64,000 nt of DNA from an uncultured Spirochaetota bacterium (GTDB lineage: Bacteria > Spirochaetota > UBA4802 > UBA5550), in contig CAWHAA010000004.1 of NCBI GenBank assembly GCA_963827275.1, forward strand, positions 684,610-748,609, in the 5' to 3' direction. The notes below the pieces were generated by a model that was not told the origin of the DNA, made no database searches, and worked only from the letters and a program-made list of their open reading frames with translations. The position numbers and the translations under genes were made by a program. Below are positions 10,825 to 22,300 of the stretch, one piece after another; the stretch's first letter is position 1, and each line of letters opens with the position of its first letter.

Positions 10825-11478
10825 ATGACAGAGGCATCGATACAGGCGCTGCAGGGACTCAGGGACCTGAGCATGCTGAAATGGTACGTGATACCGCTGC
10901 TTGCGATCGTCATGTATATCTACGCGATCGAGATAAAAAAGGCCCGGGAAGCCGCGAACTGGGACGCGGTATTCGCCGGGCTCACGCTCTTCGGGATGGA
11001 TTTTATCAACGAGACCTGGAACGGCTGGGTGTTCCACCTGACCCAGCGCTCCGCCTTCTGGACCACGCCGGGCGACACGGCCCTGCGCACCACGGTGGGG
11101 TGGAACATCGAAATCATGTTCATGTTCGCGATCGCGGGGATCATTTTTTATCATACCCTGCTGCCGAATAAGGACACGAAGATTCTCGGCCTGCCGAACC
11201 GGTGGTTCTTCGCGCTCCTCTTCGCCGCGTTCTGCACCTTCGTGGAGTGCGTCCTGAATTACGGCGGCCACCTCGTCTGGGAATACCCCTGGTGGTTCCG
11301 GTCGTTCGGCGGCGTGTGGCTTGTTTTTATCTTTGGATACCTGATTTTCTTTGTCGCGATCAATATCATGCTGGGCCTGTCCAGCGTGAAGAAGAAGCTC
11401 ATTTTCATCGGGGCAATTTACGCGATCGCGATCGCGGCGAACGTGATAGGGCTGGGGATACTCGATTTCATGTACTGA
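10825..11478 (+). CDS. Conserved hypothetical integral membrane protein
   Basis: GGAGG RBS; about 6 TM segments; host-like codon usage. Confidence 0.75.
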   Translation: MTEASIQALQGLRDLSMLKWYVIPLLAIVMYIYAIEIKKAREAANWDAVFAGLTLFGMDFINETWNGWVFHLTQRSAFWTTPGDTALRTTVGWNIEIMFMFAIAGIIFYHTLLPNKDTKILGLPNRWFFALLFAAFCTFVECVLNYGGHLVWEYPWWFRSFGGVWLVFIFGYLIFFVAINIMLGLSSVKKKLIFIGAIYAIAIAANVIGLGILDFMY

Positions 11479-11517
11479 CGGCCCTGCAGGCCGGGGGCGG
11501 CGCGCCCTGCGCCGCCC

Positions 11518-12750
11518 TTACCGCTTCCTGGCCACCATCAGGTTTGACTGGCCCGGGCCGAAGAGGATGCCGTACCCGAAATTGAAGGGCAGGGGCCTGC
11601 TGCCGGCCGCATAGCGCTGCGCGAGGTCGTCCTGCGAAACCGGCGCGCAGTTTTGCAGCTGGAGAGCGGGGCGGTATACGCCGTAGAGCGTGGTGCTCCA
11701 TCCTTTTGTGAAGAACCTGAAGGGGATCCCTGAATCGTCCTGCACCACGAGGGTGCTGCGTCCGAGTATAAAATCCCGGACCGGCTCGTAGGGCGGGTGA
11801 TGGAGGAGGTATACCGCGGACTTCAGCAGGGTCTTGACCCCCCTCAGCCGCGTCAGGTATCTGCCCTCCGGCGTTTCACCGCTCACGGATTGCGGCCCGA
11901 TTTTCATGGACAGGTAGACCAGCTCGCGCGCGCTCCTGTCCTTTCCGGTAAAGCGGATGCGCAGGCCGGTTATTTTTCCCCGGGGACCGGACGGTACCCG
12001 GGCCGCGGTCGGCGAGAGCTCGCCTGAATCGTCGATGAAGACGTTGTCCACCGCGGTTACGACCAGGCCGAGCCGGGCCATGAAGATAAGCAGCGCCGGC
12101 GCCGCACCCGGCAGAAGCGTGTTGGCCATCTCCTGGGCCATGATCTTCGATTGGAAGTAGTTGTTGACCCCGTACATGTAGATGCCCCGCTGTACCGGGA
12201 CAAGCCCGTCGACCAGCCGCCTGGAGCGGTGGTCGCGCAGCAGTGAAGCGTCCCCCTCCGGTTCCATGGCAATCATGAGGTACCTGCGGGCGTTCGGAAA
12301 GAAGGAATACAGGTTGATGAAGTCCGCCCCGCTCAGCGGGTAAAAGGCGGTGGCGCGGAACCAGAGCGCCGGTACATTGCGCTTCCGCCAGGGTGTTACG
12401 ATGTCGATGGTTTCCTTCTGTATCCTGCCCCAGAGGTCGTCCATGAAACGCCGGTGCTCACGGTAGCGGGGCTCCTGCGTTTTCTGCCAGAGGTCGCTTT
12501 TCTCGCGGACTTCCATCCCCGCAAGGTAGCGCGCAACATCGTTCCAGTAGGGGTCGGCCCCGGCGCCCCGGGCCTGCCTCATGCAGGTGACGTTGACGCC
12601 CGCCGCCAGTATCGGGAAGACCAGCATGCAGAGAACAAATGTAATTTTTATGGTTTCAGAAGGCCTGTGCCTGAGCAGGCTTTTCCCGTAGAGCCGTTTT
12701 TCCGGTGTTCGCCCCGTGCGGGACTCCCGCCGCGTCCTTTTCATTTTCAT
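11518..12750 (-). CDS. Hypothetical exported protein
   Basis: Long ORF with N-terminal TM; FYPLSGADF, LLKSAVYLLH, VVQDDSGIPF and LPFNFGYG blocks. Confidence 0.65.
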   Translation of the reverse strand: MKMKRTRRESRTGRTPEKRLYGKSLLRHRPSETIKITFVLCMLVFPILAAGVNVTCMRQARGAGADPYWNDVARYLAGMEVREKSDLWQKTQEPRYREHRRFMDDLWGRIQKETIDIVTPWRKRNVPALWFRATAFYPLSGADFINLYSFFPNARRYLMIAMEPEGDASLLRDHRSRRLVDGLVPVQRGIYMYGVNNYFQSKIMAQEMANTLLPGAAPALLIFMARLGLVVTAVDNVFIDDSGELSPTAARVPSGPRGKITGLRIRFTGKDRSARELVYLSMKIGPQSVSGETPEGRYLTRLRGVKTLLKSAVYLLHHPPYEPVRDFILGRSTLVVQDDSGIPFRFFTKGWSTTLYGVYRPALQLQNCAPVSQDDLAQRYAAGSRPLPFNFGYGILFGPGQSNLMVARKR

Positions 12751-12844
12751 GGGAGCCAATGATACAGGCGGGCGCAGGGGTTTAAAGCATTTTTTGCGCG
12801 GCAGGCGCGGCGTCCGCAAAAAAAGAGCGCTGCGGCAACGCCGG

Positions 12845-13870
12845 TCACTTGTCGCGCAGCGTGTGGCATGCGCGCCCGGGATGCTTGTCGAAGTAATCCT
12901 GATGCTCTTCCTCGGCGTAATAGAACGGCCCGGAGGGCCTGATCTCCGTCACCGACTTTTTCCCGAATACACCGGACTTGTCGAACTGTTCCTTCGATTT
13001 TTCCGCCGCACGCTTCTGCTCTTCAGTGTGATAGAAGATGATTGAGCGGTACTGGGTCCCGAGGTCCGGCCCCTGGCGGTTCAGCTGGGTCGGGTCATGG
13101 AGTCGCCAGAAATAGCCGAGCAGCTCGGCGTATGAAATGACCGACGGGTCGTATTCAACGCGCACCGCCTCGGCATGGCCCGTTGTGCCGGTGGCCACGT
13201 CGCGGTAGCTGGGGTATTCGGTGCTGCCGCCCGCGTATCCGACGGTCGTATCCACCACGCCCTTGATCTGCTTGAAGATATGCTCGACGCCCCAGAAGCA
13301 CCCTGCCGCGAAGGTCGCCAGTTTCGTTTTTTTCAATGATTTCTTTTTTTTGAACAGGTACGCGTACTCGCCATAGCCCTCTTTCTCGAGGTCTTCGGCG
13401 GGGATAAACCGCAGGGAGGCTGAATTTATGCAGTAGCGGAGTCCGGTCGGCGCCGGGCCGTCGTCGAATACATGGCCCAGGTGCGAATCACCCTGCCTGC
13501 TCCTGACCTCGGTCCGGATGGCCAGGAGGCTTTTATCCGTCTTCATTGTGATGTTTTCTTTTGAAATGGGACGGGTAAAGCTGGGCCACCCGGTGCCTGA
13601 ATCGAATTTGTCAGCCGAGCTGAACAATGGCTCGCCGGAGATCAGGTCAACATAGATGCCGGGCCGGTGGTTGTCCCAGTATTCATTCCTGAAGGGGGGC
13701 TCGGTGCCGCATTCCTGCGTGACCCGGTATTGTTCCGCGGTCAGTTTCTTCATCAGGTCCTTTTTGTCCGATTTGCTCATGGCAGACGTCCCCTCTTTGC
13801 AACAAATATTCGGGTACGACATTCCTGCAAGGATTAAAAATATTAAAGATAATTTTATAAGGCTGCCCAT
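12845..13870 (-). CDS. msrAB: Bifunctional methionine sulfoxide reductase MsrB-MsrA
   Basis: Msr[26 protein letters not shown]; Msr[22 protein letters not shown]. Confidence 0.96.
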   Translation of the reverse strand: MGSLIKLSLIFLILAGMSYPNICCKEGTSAMSKSDKKDLMKKLTAEQYRVTQECGTEPPFRNEYWDNHRPGIYVDLISGEPLFSSADKFDSGTGWPSFTRPISKENITMKTDKSLLAIRTEVRSRQGDSHLGHVFDDGPAPTGLRYCINSASLRFIPAEDLEKEGYGEYAYLFKKKKSLKKTKLATFAAGCFWGVEHIFKQIKGVVDTTVGYAGGSTEYPSYRDVATGTTGHAEAVRVEYDPSVISYAELLGYFWRLHDPTQLNRQGPDLGTQYRSIIFYHTEEQKRAAEKSKEQFDKSGVFGKKSVTEIRPSGPFYYAEEEHQDYFDKHPGRACHTLRDK

Positions 13871-14031
13871 GAATCCTCCATTATATTCTAAAATACTAAA
13901 TGTATGGGTATGCGGGTAATTATTTTTTTATGTGATGCAAAAAAATTTCATGCGCCGGGCAGGGTGCGTCCGGCAGGACCGTCATAAAAAAAGCTTGTCA
14001 TTTCTCGGCAGTCGCGTCCCGTAGTAACGCA

Positions 14032-14511
14032 ATGGACGTCATGAGTAAAATTACCGTTCTATTCTGCCTTGCGGCCCTCACGGCCGCGGTCGGTATGACG
14101 GGGGCCCTGGCCGCGGGAAACGCCCCGGCAGGCCGTGAGGGGACCGGTCCGCTCATGGAAAAAGCGGACAAGGATTCCGGCCATCATGACCTCACCAACG
14201 ATCCGCCCGGCGAGACAAGGACCTACCGCGACAGCGGGTTGATCATAACCGTGAAAAAGCTGCCTGACGAGCTCGGCGGGCATAAGACATTCGAAGTGAC
14301 GGTAGAGAACCAGAACGCGGTAAAAAAATCGCTGAGCGGCAGGATCTGCCTGTTCGACCTGCGCATCAAGCAGGCTGAATGCGGCTCGGGGGAGTGCCCG
14401 GTGTACATGGAGGTCCGGCCGAAATCGAAAGATACAAAAAAATTCAACTGCAGGGAAAAGTCTTTTTTCAGCGCCTGGACCTTTGTCATGGAGCAGGTAT
14501 ATGATTATTAA
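14032..14511 (+). CDS. Hypothetical secreted protein
   Basis: Signal peptide; beta-rich mature part with Cys residues. Confidence 0.6.
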   Translation: MDVMSKITVLFCLAALTAAVGMTGALAAGNAPAGREGTGPLMEKADKDSGHHDLTNDPPGETRTYRDSGLIITVKKLPDELGGHKTFEVTVENQNAVKKSLSGRICLFDLRIKQAECGSGECPVYMEVRPKSKDTKKFNCREKSFFSAWTFVMEQVYDY

Positions 14512-14526
14512 TGAAGCGCGCCGGAG

Positions 14527-15417
14527 GTGAGAGTGCTGCGCGACGGTGACAGCGGCGGGAGAGGGGACGAAGGGATCGTCAGCGGTGTCCTGGAGTCGTC
14601 ACATCGCGGGACCTGTATACGGGGCGATGACGGAATGGAATATTTTTCCGGTGAAAACATCTGGCGGGGCTATCTCATCCACTGGGCGGGGCGGGGAGTG
14701 CGCGCGCGCCGTCTCCCCCAGGTGGATTACGAGACGGGCAGGAGGATCATCATACTGTGGCCCCGCGAGGACGGGCCGAGGCCGCCGTACGTTGAGCTGT
14801 ATTATAACGAACGGCTGGTGAAGTATCCCGCGTCGGTCTTCGGGCATATCGCCATAAATGTAAACGGGACGGTCTTCAACTTTTCGCACCTCATCAACGA
14901 AAACGAGGCCATAAGCGAGGAGGAGTATCTGTATCGTCCCGCCCTCGGTGAGTTCGCGCCTTCTCCGGCAACCGGACGCTTCGATGTGTCCGACCGGTCA
15001 CAGCCCTACTACGACAAGTTCGGGAGAAATTTCATGAGGACGATCCATGCCCTTCATGTCGAGGGCATCGATACCGGCAGGCTCATGGAGATGTTCCAGG
15101 GTGAAATCGGCCTGATACGCGCCACGCCCGTAAGCGCGCGGCGGCCGGACAAGTACCGTGATTTTCATTTCCTGAAAAGGAGCTGTACGACAATTATCCG
15201 TGACGGCCTGCGGCGGTGCGGCTACCCGGACATTCGCGGCATTTTGCCGCGGGACATGTTTGTGAGCGCGGCATACGTGATCCTGCGGAGCAGCGGCCCC
15301 TCCGTCAGGGCGCGGGCGTACCGCATGGAGCAGCTCAAGGTGGACGAGTCCCCCTATAGCGCCGTCCCCCCCCTCTTCAATCCCCTCAATGCGTATCGTG
15401 TCAGGAAAATTTACTGA
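14527..15417 (+). CDS. Hypothetical protein, possible permuted papain-like (His before Cys) fold
   Basis: GGAGG RBS; FGHIAI and RSCTT motifs. Confidence 0.55.
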   Translation: MRVLRDGDSGGRGDEGIVSGVLESSHRGTCIRGDDGMEYFSGENIWRGYLIHWAGRGVRARRLPQVDYETGRRIIILWPREDGPRPPYVELYYNERLVKYPASVFGHIAINVNGTVFNFSHLINENEAISEEEYLYRPALGEFAPSPATGRFDVSDRSQPYYDKFGRNFMRTIHALHVEGIDTGRLMEMFQGEIGLIRATPVSARRPDKYRDFHFLKRSCTTIIRDGLRRCGYPDIRGILPRDMFVSAAYVILRSSGPSVRARAYRMEQLKVDESPYSAVPPLFNPLNAYRVRKIY

Positions 15418-15433
15418 TGCCGCGCAGGGGCGG

Positions 15434-15994
15434 CTATTTCCCCATCCGGATCAGCCGCCCGATAAAATTCGGATATGTTTTCCGCGAGACAAATCCGGGC
15501 CTGTAGGCGCGCACTTCCTCGATGGTGATGAATGCGTTCGGTTCCATGATGTTGACTATCTCAAGAAAGTGATTGAGGCTTTTTTTCTGGACGAGGGAAT
15601 AGATGATCGAAACGGGCCCTTTCAGTCCCATGCCGTCGCTGATCGTCACCCCGTATCCCTCCTCGCGAAGCATGAGCGGCAATGCCGAGACCTCCTTGCT
15701 GGTAATGACGCGTATCGATTTGAACCCGAAGGGCAATTTTTCTTCGAGCAGCATGCCGACGTAATTGCCGGCGGCGAAACCGGCGGCATAGATGAGGTAG
15801 CTGTAAATGTTTTCAAGGCTGGCCAGGGCCTTGCTTATTGCGGTCAGCCAGATGAGGACCTCGAAGAAACCGAAAATCGGCGCGACATATCGATACCCGC
15901 GGGATATCAGGACTATTCGCACGGTGCCGATTGATACGTCCAGTATGCGCGCGAAAAATATGTATGCCATGGTAAGGAGCTCAGCCTGCGTCAT
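15434..15994 (-). CDS. DUF5698/DUF2179 (UPF0316) membrane protein
   Basis: ARILDVSIGTVR, GFFEVLIW, GFAAGNYVG, LREEGYGVT and PNAFITIEE. Confidence 0.9.
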   Translation of the reverse strand: MTQAELLTMAYIFFARILDVSIGTVRIVLISRGYRYVAPIFGFFEVLIWLTAISKALASLENIYSYLIYAAGFAAGNYVGMLLEEKLPFGFKSIRVITSKEVSALPLMLREEGYGVTISDGMGLKGPVSIIYSLVQKKSLNHFLEIVNIMEPNAFITIEEVRAYRPGFVSRKTYPNFIGRLIRMGK

Positions 15995-16257
15995 TCCCGT
16001 CATCCCTCCGTAACGTGCGGCGGTTCGGGCCGCCGCCGGGCGCAGTGGGGCCGTCAGCGCCATTGCATGGTATTGCACCATCCGGGGCCGTTGTCAAAAA
16101 TAAAATTTGTCCCGGTTGAATTTTTCAATTGATGTTTTTCGGGTACGGTCCTATGACTACCTTCAATCCGCTATCCGCCGTATGTTTTCCGGTGCCCGCC
16201 TGGCGGGCAGCTGCGGCGTGTGGCGAACTGGTGCCGGGAAAAATCAATGCGGGACAT

Positions 16258-17052
16258 ATGAAAGGCTATAAGAAAAAATTCACATTTAAAATAGGCACCA
16301 CCTCCTACATCCTGCCGGTGAAGGAGGACAACCTGGTGTCCAATGTGGGCTTTCTCAAGGACAGCTTTGACATCGTCCAGCTTCTCTTCTTCGGGAGGGA
16401 GTATCTCGACGAGGTCATGTCGCCGCGGATCATCAGGGACCTCGCGGCCATACGGGAAGATGCGGGGCTTGCCTATACGGTACATCTGCCGTCCGACCTT
16501 GGGCTGCTGGATGCGTCTGATGATTCGCTGCGTTCATCGCTTGACGTGCTGGAGCGTGTCATTGATGAAACGGCCCCGCTTGGCGTCGAGGGGTATGTCC
16601 TTCATGTTGACAGGCTTGTGAACGGGGCGCCGAGGGTGGAGCCTGACGCCGTACACAGGGAGCTCTATCACAGGGCGCTCGATGCGATACGGGCCAGGCT
16701 GGGGAGCGCCGCGGCAAACATATACATAGAAAATACGACCTATGACCTGGTCTTTTTCAGCGGGATAATCATGAAGTCCGCCTGCAACGTCTGCCTGGAT
16801 GCCGGGCACCTGGCGTTGCACAATCAGGACCCGGAAAAATTTATTGAGGTCTTCGGCCCGCGTATACGACAGGTGCACCTGCATGGGATTGCCGGGGGAA
16901 GGGACCACCAGGCGCTTACCGGATTGGATGCCGGTACCGGCGGGAGCATCTCCCGATTTCTACATGGGTTTAACGGTTCGGTGATCATCGAGGTCTATAA
17001 CTTCCTCGACCTGGTGAAATCGGCGGAATATATAGAAAGCATATTGTATTGA
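16258..17052 (+). CDS. AP endonuclease-2/TIM-barrel protein, CbiR-like cobamide-remodeling phosphodiesterase
   Basis: GTTSYILP, YTVHLP, IENT, CLDAGH, VHLHG..DH and IIEV metal motifs. Confidence 0.65.
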   Translation: MKGYKKKFTFKIGTTSYILPVKEDNLVSNVGFLKDSFDIVQLLFFGREYLDEVMSPRIIRDLAAIREDAGLAYTVHLPSDLGLLDASDDSLRSSLDVLERVIDETAPLGVEGYVLHVDRLVNGAPRVEPDAVHRELYHRALDAIRARLGSAAANIYIENTTYDLVFFSGIIMKSACNVCLDAGHLALHNQDPEKFIEVFGPRIRQVHLHGIAGGRDHQALTGLDAGTGGSISRFLHGFNGSVIIEVYNFLDLVKSAEYIESILY

Positions 17053-17302
17053 TGTTCACGGCGTGTTATGCCCCCGGAGATGCCGGGTCCCGCACCTGCA
17101 CCCGGATGAGGCACTATAATCAAGTAAACAGGGGGTATGCGCCATACATGGCGTAATGATTATGCATTGTCCTGCCCCCATGCCTGCATTATCAGGCATA
17201 AATTTTAAAAATTTACTGGACATGAAACATATTACTTGTTAGTCCTGCTGTTAGCAATAGATCAACTTATTTTTTAAGAAAGAATGGTGAAGGAGGACTA
17301 GT

Positions 17303-18214
17303 ATGAAAAAATTACTCTTAGTTCTGCTCGTCGCCCTGTGCACCCTTGGGTTTGTTTTCAAGCCGTCCGCGTCGTACGCGGTGGAGGCCAAGGTGGGCAT
17401 AAACATGATGGGCGACTGGTGGAAGCCTGCGTTCCTGCCCTTTGAGCAGGAGGCCGCGGCCAAGTTGTTTGGGTCAAACAGCAGTGATGAGCTGGAGGGA
17501 TCGTTCATGTTCGGGCCGATGTTCTGGGTCAATGTCGCCAGCGGCTGGAACATAGGCGGGCAGATGCTGTTCGGGCTCAGCAGGAACAAGTTCGAGTACA
17601 CGTCGCTTGCGATCGACCTTGACCTGCTCAGGTGGCCTGGCCTGCTGGCGGGATACCTCGACATGGGCGAATCGAAATGCCGCAGGTATGACCTCGATGT
17701 GTATGCCGAGCACCCTTTCCACAAGTATTTTGACCTTATACTGGGGCTGCGGTTCAATTATGACGACGGCGAAGGCGAGTCCTGGCGCCTCGGGACGTTC
17801 TTCTTCGACCTGAAAAAGACCGACTACAGCGCGTGGTATTTCGGCCCCTCGGCCGGCGTCCAGTTCCATTATGAATTCGTCAAGGGGCTCGTGCTCAGCA
17901 CCGCCGTGGCGCTGACATTCCAGTTCGGCGAGTATGAGAACGAGAAGAGATACCTCCAGTCGTTCTGGACGCTCATCCCGTACGAATACACGGCCGGATA
18001 TGTCTGCATCGGATTTGACATGAATGTCAAGCTCGCGTATTATATCCAGCCGGCGCACCTTGAGGTGTTTGTCGGCGGCAGGTACCAGGTGCTGCCGCAC
18101 ATCGCGGCGAGCGACGAAAGCCCGGTATACGACCTGACCTATAAAGACAAATGGATTGACGGCGAGGTCGAACACTGGGGCGGCATATTCTTCGGGGCCG
18201 CCTACAAAATATAA
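17303..18214 (+). CDS. Outer-membrane beta-barrel protein (paralog 1)
   Basis: AGGAGG RBS; signal peptide; amphipathic strands; ends FFGAAYKI. Confidence 0.75.
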   Translation: MKKLLLVLLVALCTLGFVFKPSASYAVEAKVGINMMGDWWKPAFLPFEQEAAAKLFGSNSSDELEGSFMFGPMFWVNVASGWNIGGQMLFGLSRNKFEYTSLAIDLDLLRWPGLLAGYLDMGESKCRRYDLDVYAEHPFHKYFDLILGLRFNYDDGEGESWRLGTFFFDLKKTDYSAWYFGPSAGVQFHYEFVKGLVLSTAVALTFQFGEYENEKRYLQSFWTLIPYEYTAGYVCIGFDMNVKLAYYIQPAHLEVFVGGRYQVLPHIAASDESPVYDLTYKDKWIDGEVEHWGGIFFGAAYKI

Positions 18215-18231
18215 ACAGACTACAACGTGAG

Positions 18232-18261
18232 ACAAAACCGCCGCGCAAGCGGCGGTTTTGT
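18232..18261. terminator. Intrinsic terminator hairpin
   Basis: ACAAAACCGCCGC-GCAA-GCGGCGGTTTTGT. Confidence 0.8.
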
Positions 18262-18298
18262 TATATACGATGCGCCTGGCCTGGCGCGGGGGGAGGGT

Positions 18299-19300
18299 AT
18301 GAAAAAACTATGCATCATTCTATGCGGGCTGCTTGTATGTATCGGCATCGCGGTACAGCCGGCATCGTCCCAGGGTAAGCGCAAGCAGAAGCCAAAGGCG
18401 AAACGCGCGGCGGTGGTCAAGCCGAGAACAGGCGCCAGGTCCGCGGTTGAAGTGAAACTCGGCCTTTCGATGATGTACGACTGGTGGCAGCCGGCGTTCC
18501 TCAAGCTTGGAAACGGCAGGACGGGGAACCTCTATGCAAAAAAACACAAGTCCGACACTGACGGTTCGTTCATGATGGGGCCGGCTATCGGCATAAAAAT
18601 CGGCAGCAGATGGAACATAAGCGCGGCAGCGCTCCTGGGATGCAGCAGGAACCAGTTCCGGCATTCAACATGGGCGATGGAGGCAAATTACCTGAATCTT
18701 CTCATCCCTGATGCAATGACAAATCCATATCTTGATCGCGGCATCATGGAAGTCAGGCGGTATGACCTGGACGTCAACGTTGAACGGCTCATGCTCAAAT
18801 ATTTAAACCTGCTGTTCGGCGCCCGGTTCAGCTATCAAGATGCCGGGGGGCATTCATGGAGAGGGTCCCGGCTCATATTCCCGGTCAGTAAAATCAAGGA
18901 TGAATATACCAACTGGTACGTCGGCCCGTCGGTGGGAGTCGGGTTGTTTTATGAAGTTAAAGGATTTTCCATCAACGCGGGAGTATCGGCGCTGTTCCAG
19001 TTCGGCATCTATTACCTTGAGCGGAACAATCTTAACCCCTTCTATTTTAATTTCAATTTTATTTCTGACGAGTTTAAGGTTGCGCACCTTTCCATCGGCG
19101 CGGACTGCAGCGTTAAGCTGGCCTATTTTATCAAGCGTATCCGCCTCGAGCTATGGGTCGGCGGACGCTACGTCATTCTCCCCCACATCTCGCTGTACGA
19201 CATTGACAGCGCGTTCAGCGCGTCGTATAAAAAAGGCTGGGTCACCGGCGAGGTTGACCAGTTCGGCGGCGTGACCTGGGGAGCTTCCTACAAATTTTAA
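18299..19300 (+). CDS. Outer-membrane beta-barrel protein (paralog 2)
   Basis: Shares WW.PAF, GSFM.GP, RRYDLD, WY.GPS.GV and GGRY..LPHI with 17303; C-terminal Phe. Confidence 0.75.
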   Translation: MKKLCIILCGLLVCIGIAVQPASSQGKRKQKPKAKRAAVVKPRTGARSAVEVKLGLSMMYDWWQPAFLKLGNGRTGNLYAKKHKSDTDGSFMMGPAIGIKIGSRWNISAAALLGCSRNQFRHSTWAMEANYLNLLIPDAMTNPYLDRGIMEVRRYDLDVNVERLMLKYLNLLFGARFSYQDAGGHSWRGSRLIFPVSKIKDEYTNWYVGPSVGVGLFYEVKGFSINAGVSALFQFGIYYLERNNLNPFYFNFNFISDEFKVAHLSIGADCSVKLAYFIKRIRLELWVGGRYVILPHISLYDIDSAFSASYKKGWVTGEVDQFGGVTWGASYKF

Positions 19301-19341
19301 AGGCGGGGCCCGTCAATACCTTCTCCCCGCCTTGTTGTATC

Positions 19342-22300
19342 TTACAGTCCCCTGTGGTACTCCTGGAGTGACGTGACGTCTCTCTTCCCCTCGTTGATCG
19401 CCTGGATCCCCTTCGCTGTCGCGATCGCGGCCGCCATGGTGGTGATGTAGGGGATCTTGTAATGCACCGCGGCCTTGCGGATATAGGAGTCATCGTAATC
19501 GCTCTGCCGGCCGCTCGGGGTATTGATGATGAGGTTGATCTCGTTGTTCTTGATGCGGTCTATGATGTGCGGCCGCCCCTGGTAGATCTTGAACACCGTT
19601 TCAGCCTGCAGGCCCTTCTCGGCGAAATAACGCGCGCATCCCTCGGTGGCAAGGACCCTGAACCCGAGCTTCTGGAACTCGCGGCCCGCTTCGAGCGCCC
19701 TGACGCGGTCGTTTTTGTTGACGGTGATCAGCACCGCGCCCGATGTCGGCAGCTTCATGCTGGCCGCTTCTTCCGCCTTTGCGAAGGCAAGGCCGAACGA
19801 ATCGGCCATCCCGAGCACTTCGCCGGTGGAGCGCATCTCCGGGCCCAGTATCGGGTCCACCTCGGGGAACATGTTGAAGGGGAATACCGCCTCTTTTACG
19901 CCGAAATGCTTCACTTTTTTCCGCTCGACGTTCAGGTCTTTCAGTTTCCTGCCAAGCATCACCTGCGTCGCGATGCGCGCCATGGAGATGTTGCACACCT
20001 TGGAGACAAGGGGCACGGTGCGGGACGCCCGCGGGTTCGCTTCGAGAATATAGACCGTATCGCCGGCGATGGCGTACTGTATGTTCATGAGGCCTACGAC
20101 CTTCAGCTCGAGCGCGATCCTTTTTGTGTATTCTTCGATGGTCTTGATGTGTTTGCCGGAGATGGTCACCGGCGGGATCACGCAGGCGGAGTCGCCCGAA
20201 TGGATGCCCGCAAGCTCGATATGCTCCATCACCGAGGGGACGACCACGTCGGCCCCGTCGCAGATCGCGTCAGCCTCGCATTCAATGGCGTTTTCCAGGA
20301 ACTTGTCGATGAGGATCGGCCGCTCGGGCGAAACATCGACCGCCGCGGCCATGTACTGCTTCAGCATGTCCTCGTAGTAGATGACCTGCATGGCCCGCCC
20401 GCCCAGCACGTAGCTCGGGCGCACCATCAGCGGGTACCCGATCCGGGCGGCGATCTCAAGGGCCTGCTCGATGGTGCTTGCCATCCCCGATTCGGGCTGG
20501 GGTATGCCGAGCTTCTTCATCACCTGGCGGAACCGGTCGCGGTCCTCGGCAAGGTCGATCGATTCAGGCGAGGTGCCGATGATGGGCACGCCGGCCTTCA
20601 TGAGCTGGTTGGCCAGGTTGAGGGGCGTCTGCCCCCCGAACTGCACGATGACGCCGTCCGGCTTTTCCTTGCCGTAAATGGAGAGGACGTCTTCCGCGGT
20701 CAGCGGCTCGAAGTAGAGCTTGTCCGATGTGTCATAGTCGGTGGAGACCGTCTCGGGGTTGCAGTTGACCATGATCGATTCGAACCCTTCGTCGCGGATG
20801 GCGAAGGCCGCGTGCACGCAGCAATAATCGAACTCTATCCCCTGGCCGATGCGGTTGGGGCCCCCGCCGAGGACCATGATCTTCTTCCTCGTCGAAACCG
20901 GGACAGTGTCCGCGCCGTTGTAGGTGGAATAGTAGTAGGCCCGGTCCTCCACGCCGCTTACCGGCACCGCGTCCCAGTGCTCCACGACGTTGAGCGCCGT
21001 CCGCTGCGCGCGAATCGCTTCTTCATTGATGTCCAGTATCTTCGCCAGGTACTTATCGGAAAACCCGTCCTTCTTGGCCTGTTCAAGGAGGCTGTCCGGG
21101 AGTTTTTTGCCCTTGTATGCGAGTACCTTTTCTTCCAGATCGACGAGCTCCTTCATCTGGGTAATGAACCAGGGCTTGATGTGCGTGCGCTCGTACAGGA
21201 GGTTGATGTCCGCGCCTTTGCGCAGCGCCTCGTACATGATGAACTGGCGCTCGCTGGTCGCCGTGCTGAGGAGACGCATCAGCTCGTCGAGCGGCAGCGA
21301 ATTGAAGTTTTTTGCGAACCCGAGGCCGTGGCGCCCGGTCTCCATCGAGCGGATCGCCTTCTGGAAGGCCTCCTTGTAGGTCTTGCCGATGCTCATGGCC
21401 TCGCCCACGGCGCGCATCTGCGTGCCAAGCTCGTCCTTCACGCCTTCGAATTTTTCGAAGCCCCAGCGGGCAAACTTCACCACGATGTAATCGCCGGACG
21501 GCGTGTATTTCTCCAGGGTGCCGTCGCGCCAGTAGGGTATCTCGTCCAGGGTGAGGCCGCCGGCCAGCATGGAAGAGACCAGCGCGATGGGAAAGCCGGT
21601 GGCCTTGGAGGCCAGGGCCGACGAGCGCGAGGTGCGGGGGTTGATCTCGATGACCACCACCCGGTCCGACTTCGGGTCATGGGCGAACTGGACGTTCGTC
21701 CCGCCGATGACCTGTATGGCCTCGACTATATCGTACGAATATTTTTGCAGTTTTTTCTGGAGTTCCGGGCTGATGGTGATCATGGGGGCCGTGCAGTAGG
21801 AGTCGCCGGTATGTATGCCCATGGCGTCCACGTTCTCAATGAAGCAGACGGTGATCATCTGGTTTTTCGCGTCGCGGACCACCTCGAGTTCAAGCTCCTC
21901 CCAGCCGAGCACTGATTCCTCCACCAGTATCTGGTGGACCATGCTGACCGAAAGGCCCCGCGCCGCCACGGTGCGCAGCTCCTCGACGTTATAGACCATG
22001 CCGCCGCCGGTGCCGCCCATGGTGTAGGCCGGCCGTATCACCACCGGGTAGCCCAGGCTTTCGGCGATCTTCTCCGCCTCCTCGACGGTATAAGCGGGGT
22101 CGCTGCGCGGCATGTCGATGCCCAGCCTGGTCATGGTCTCTTTAAATGCAATGCGGTCTTCGCCGCGATCGATCGCGTCAGCCTTGACGCCGATTATCTT
22201 CACCCCCAGTTTTTCCAGCACCCCGCTCTTGGATAATTCGGATGACAGGTTCAGGCCGGTCTGGCCGCCGAGGTTGGGGAGGAGCGCGTCAGGCCGCTCC

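Noticed and set aside
19462..21915. 817-aa antisense ORF to carB (likewise 57017-59119 and 62478-63518)
   Set aside because: Shadow ORFs caused by high-GC codon bias of conserved genes on the opposite strand
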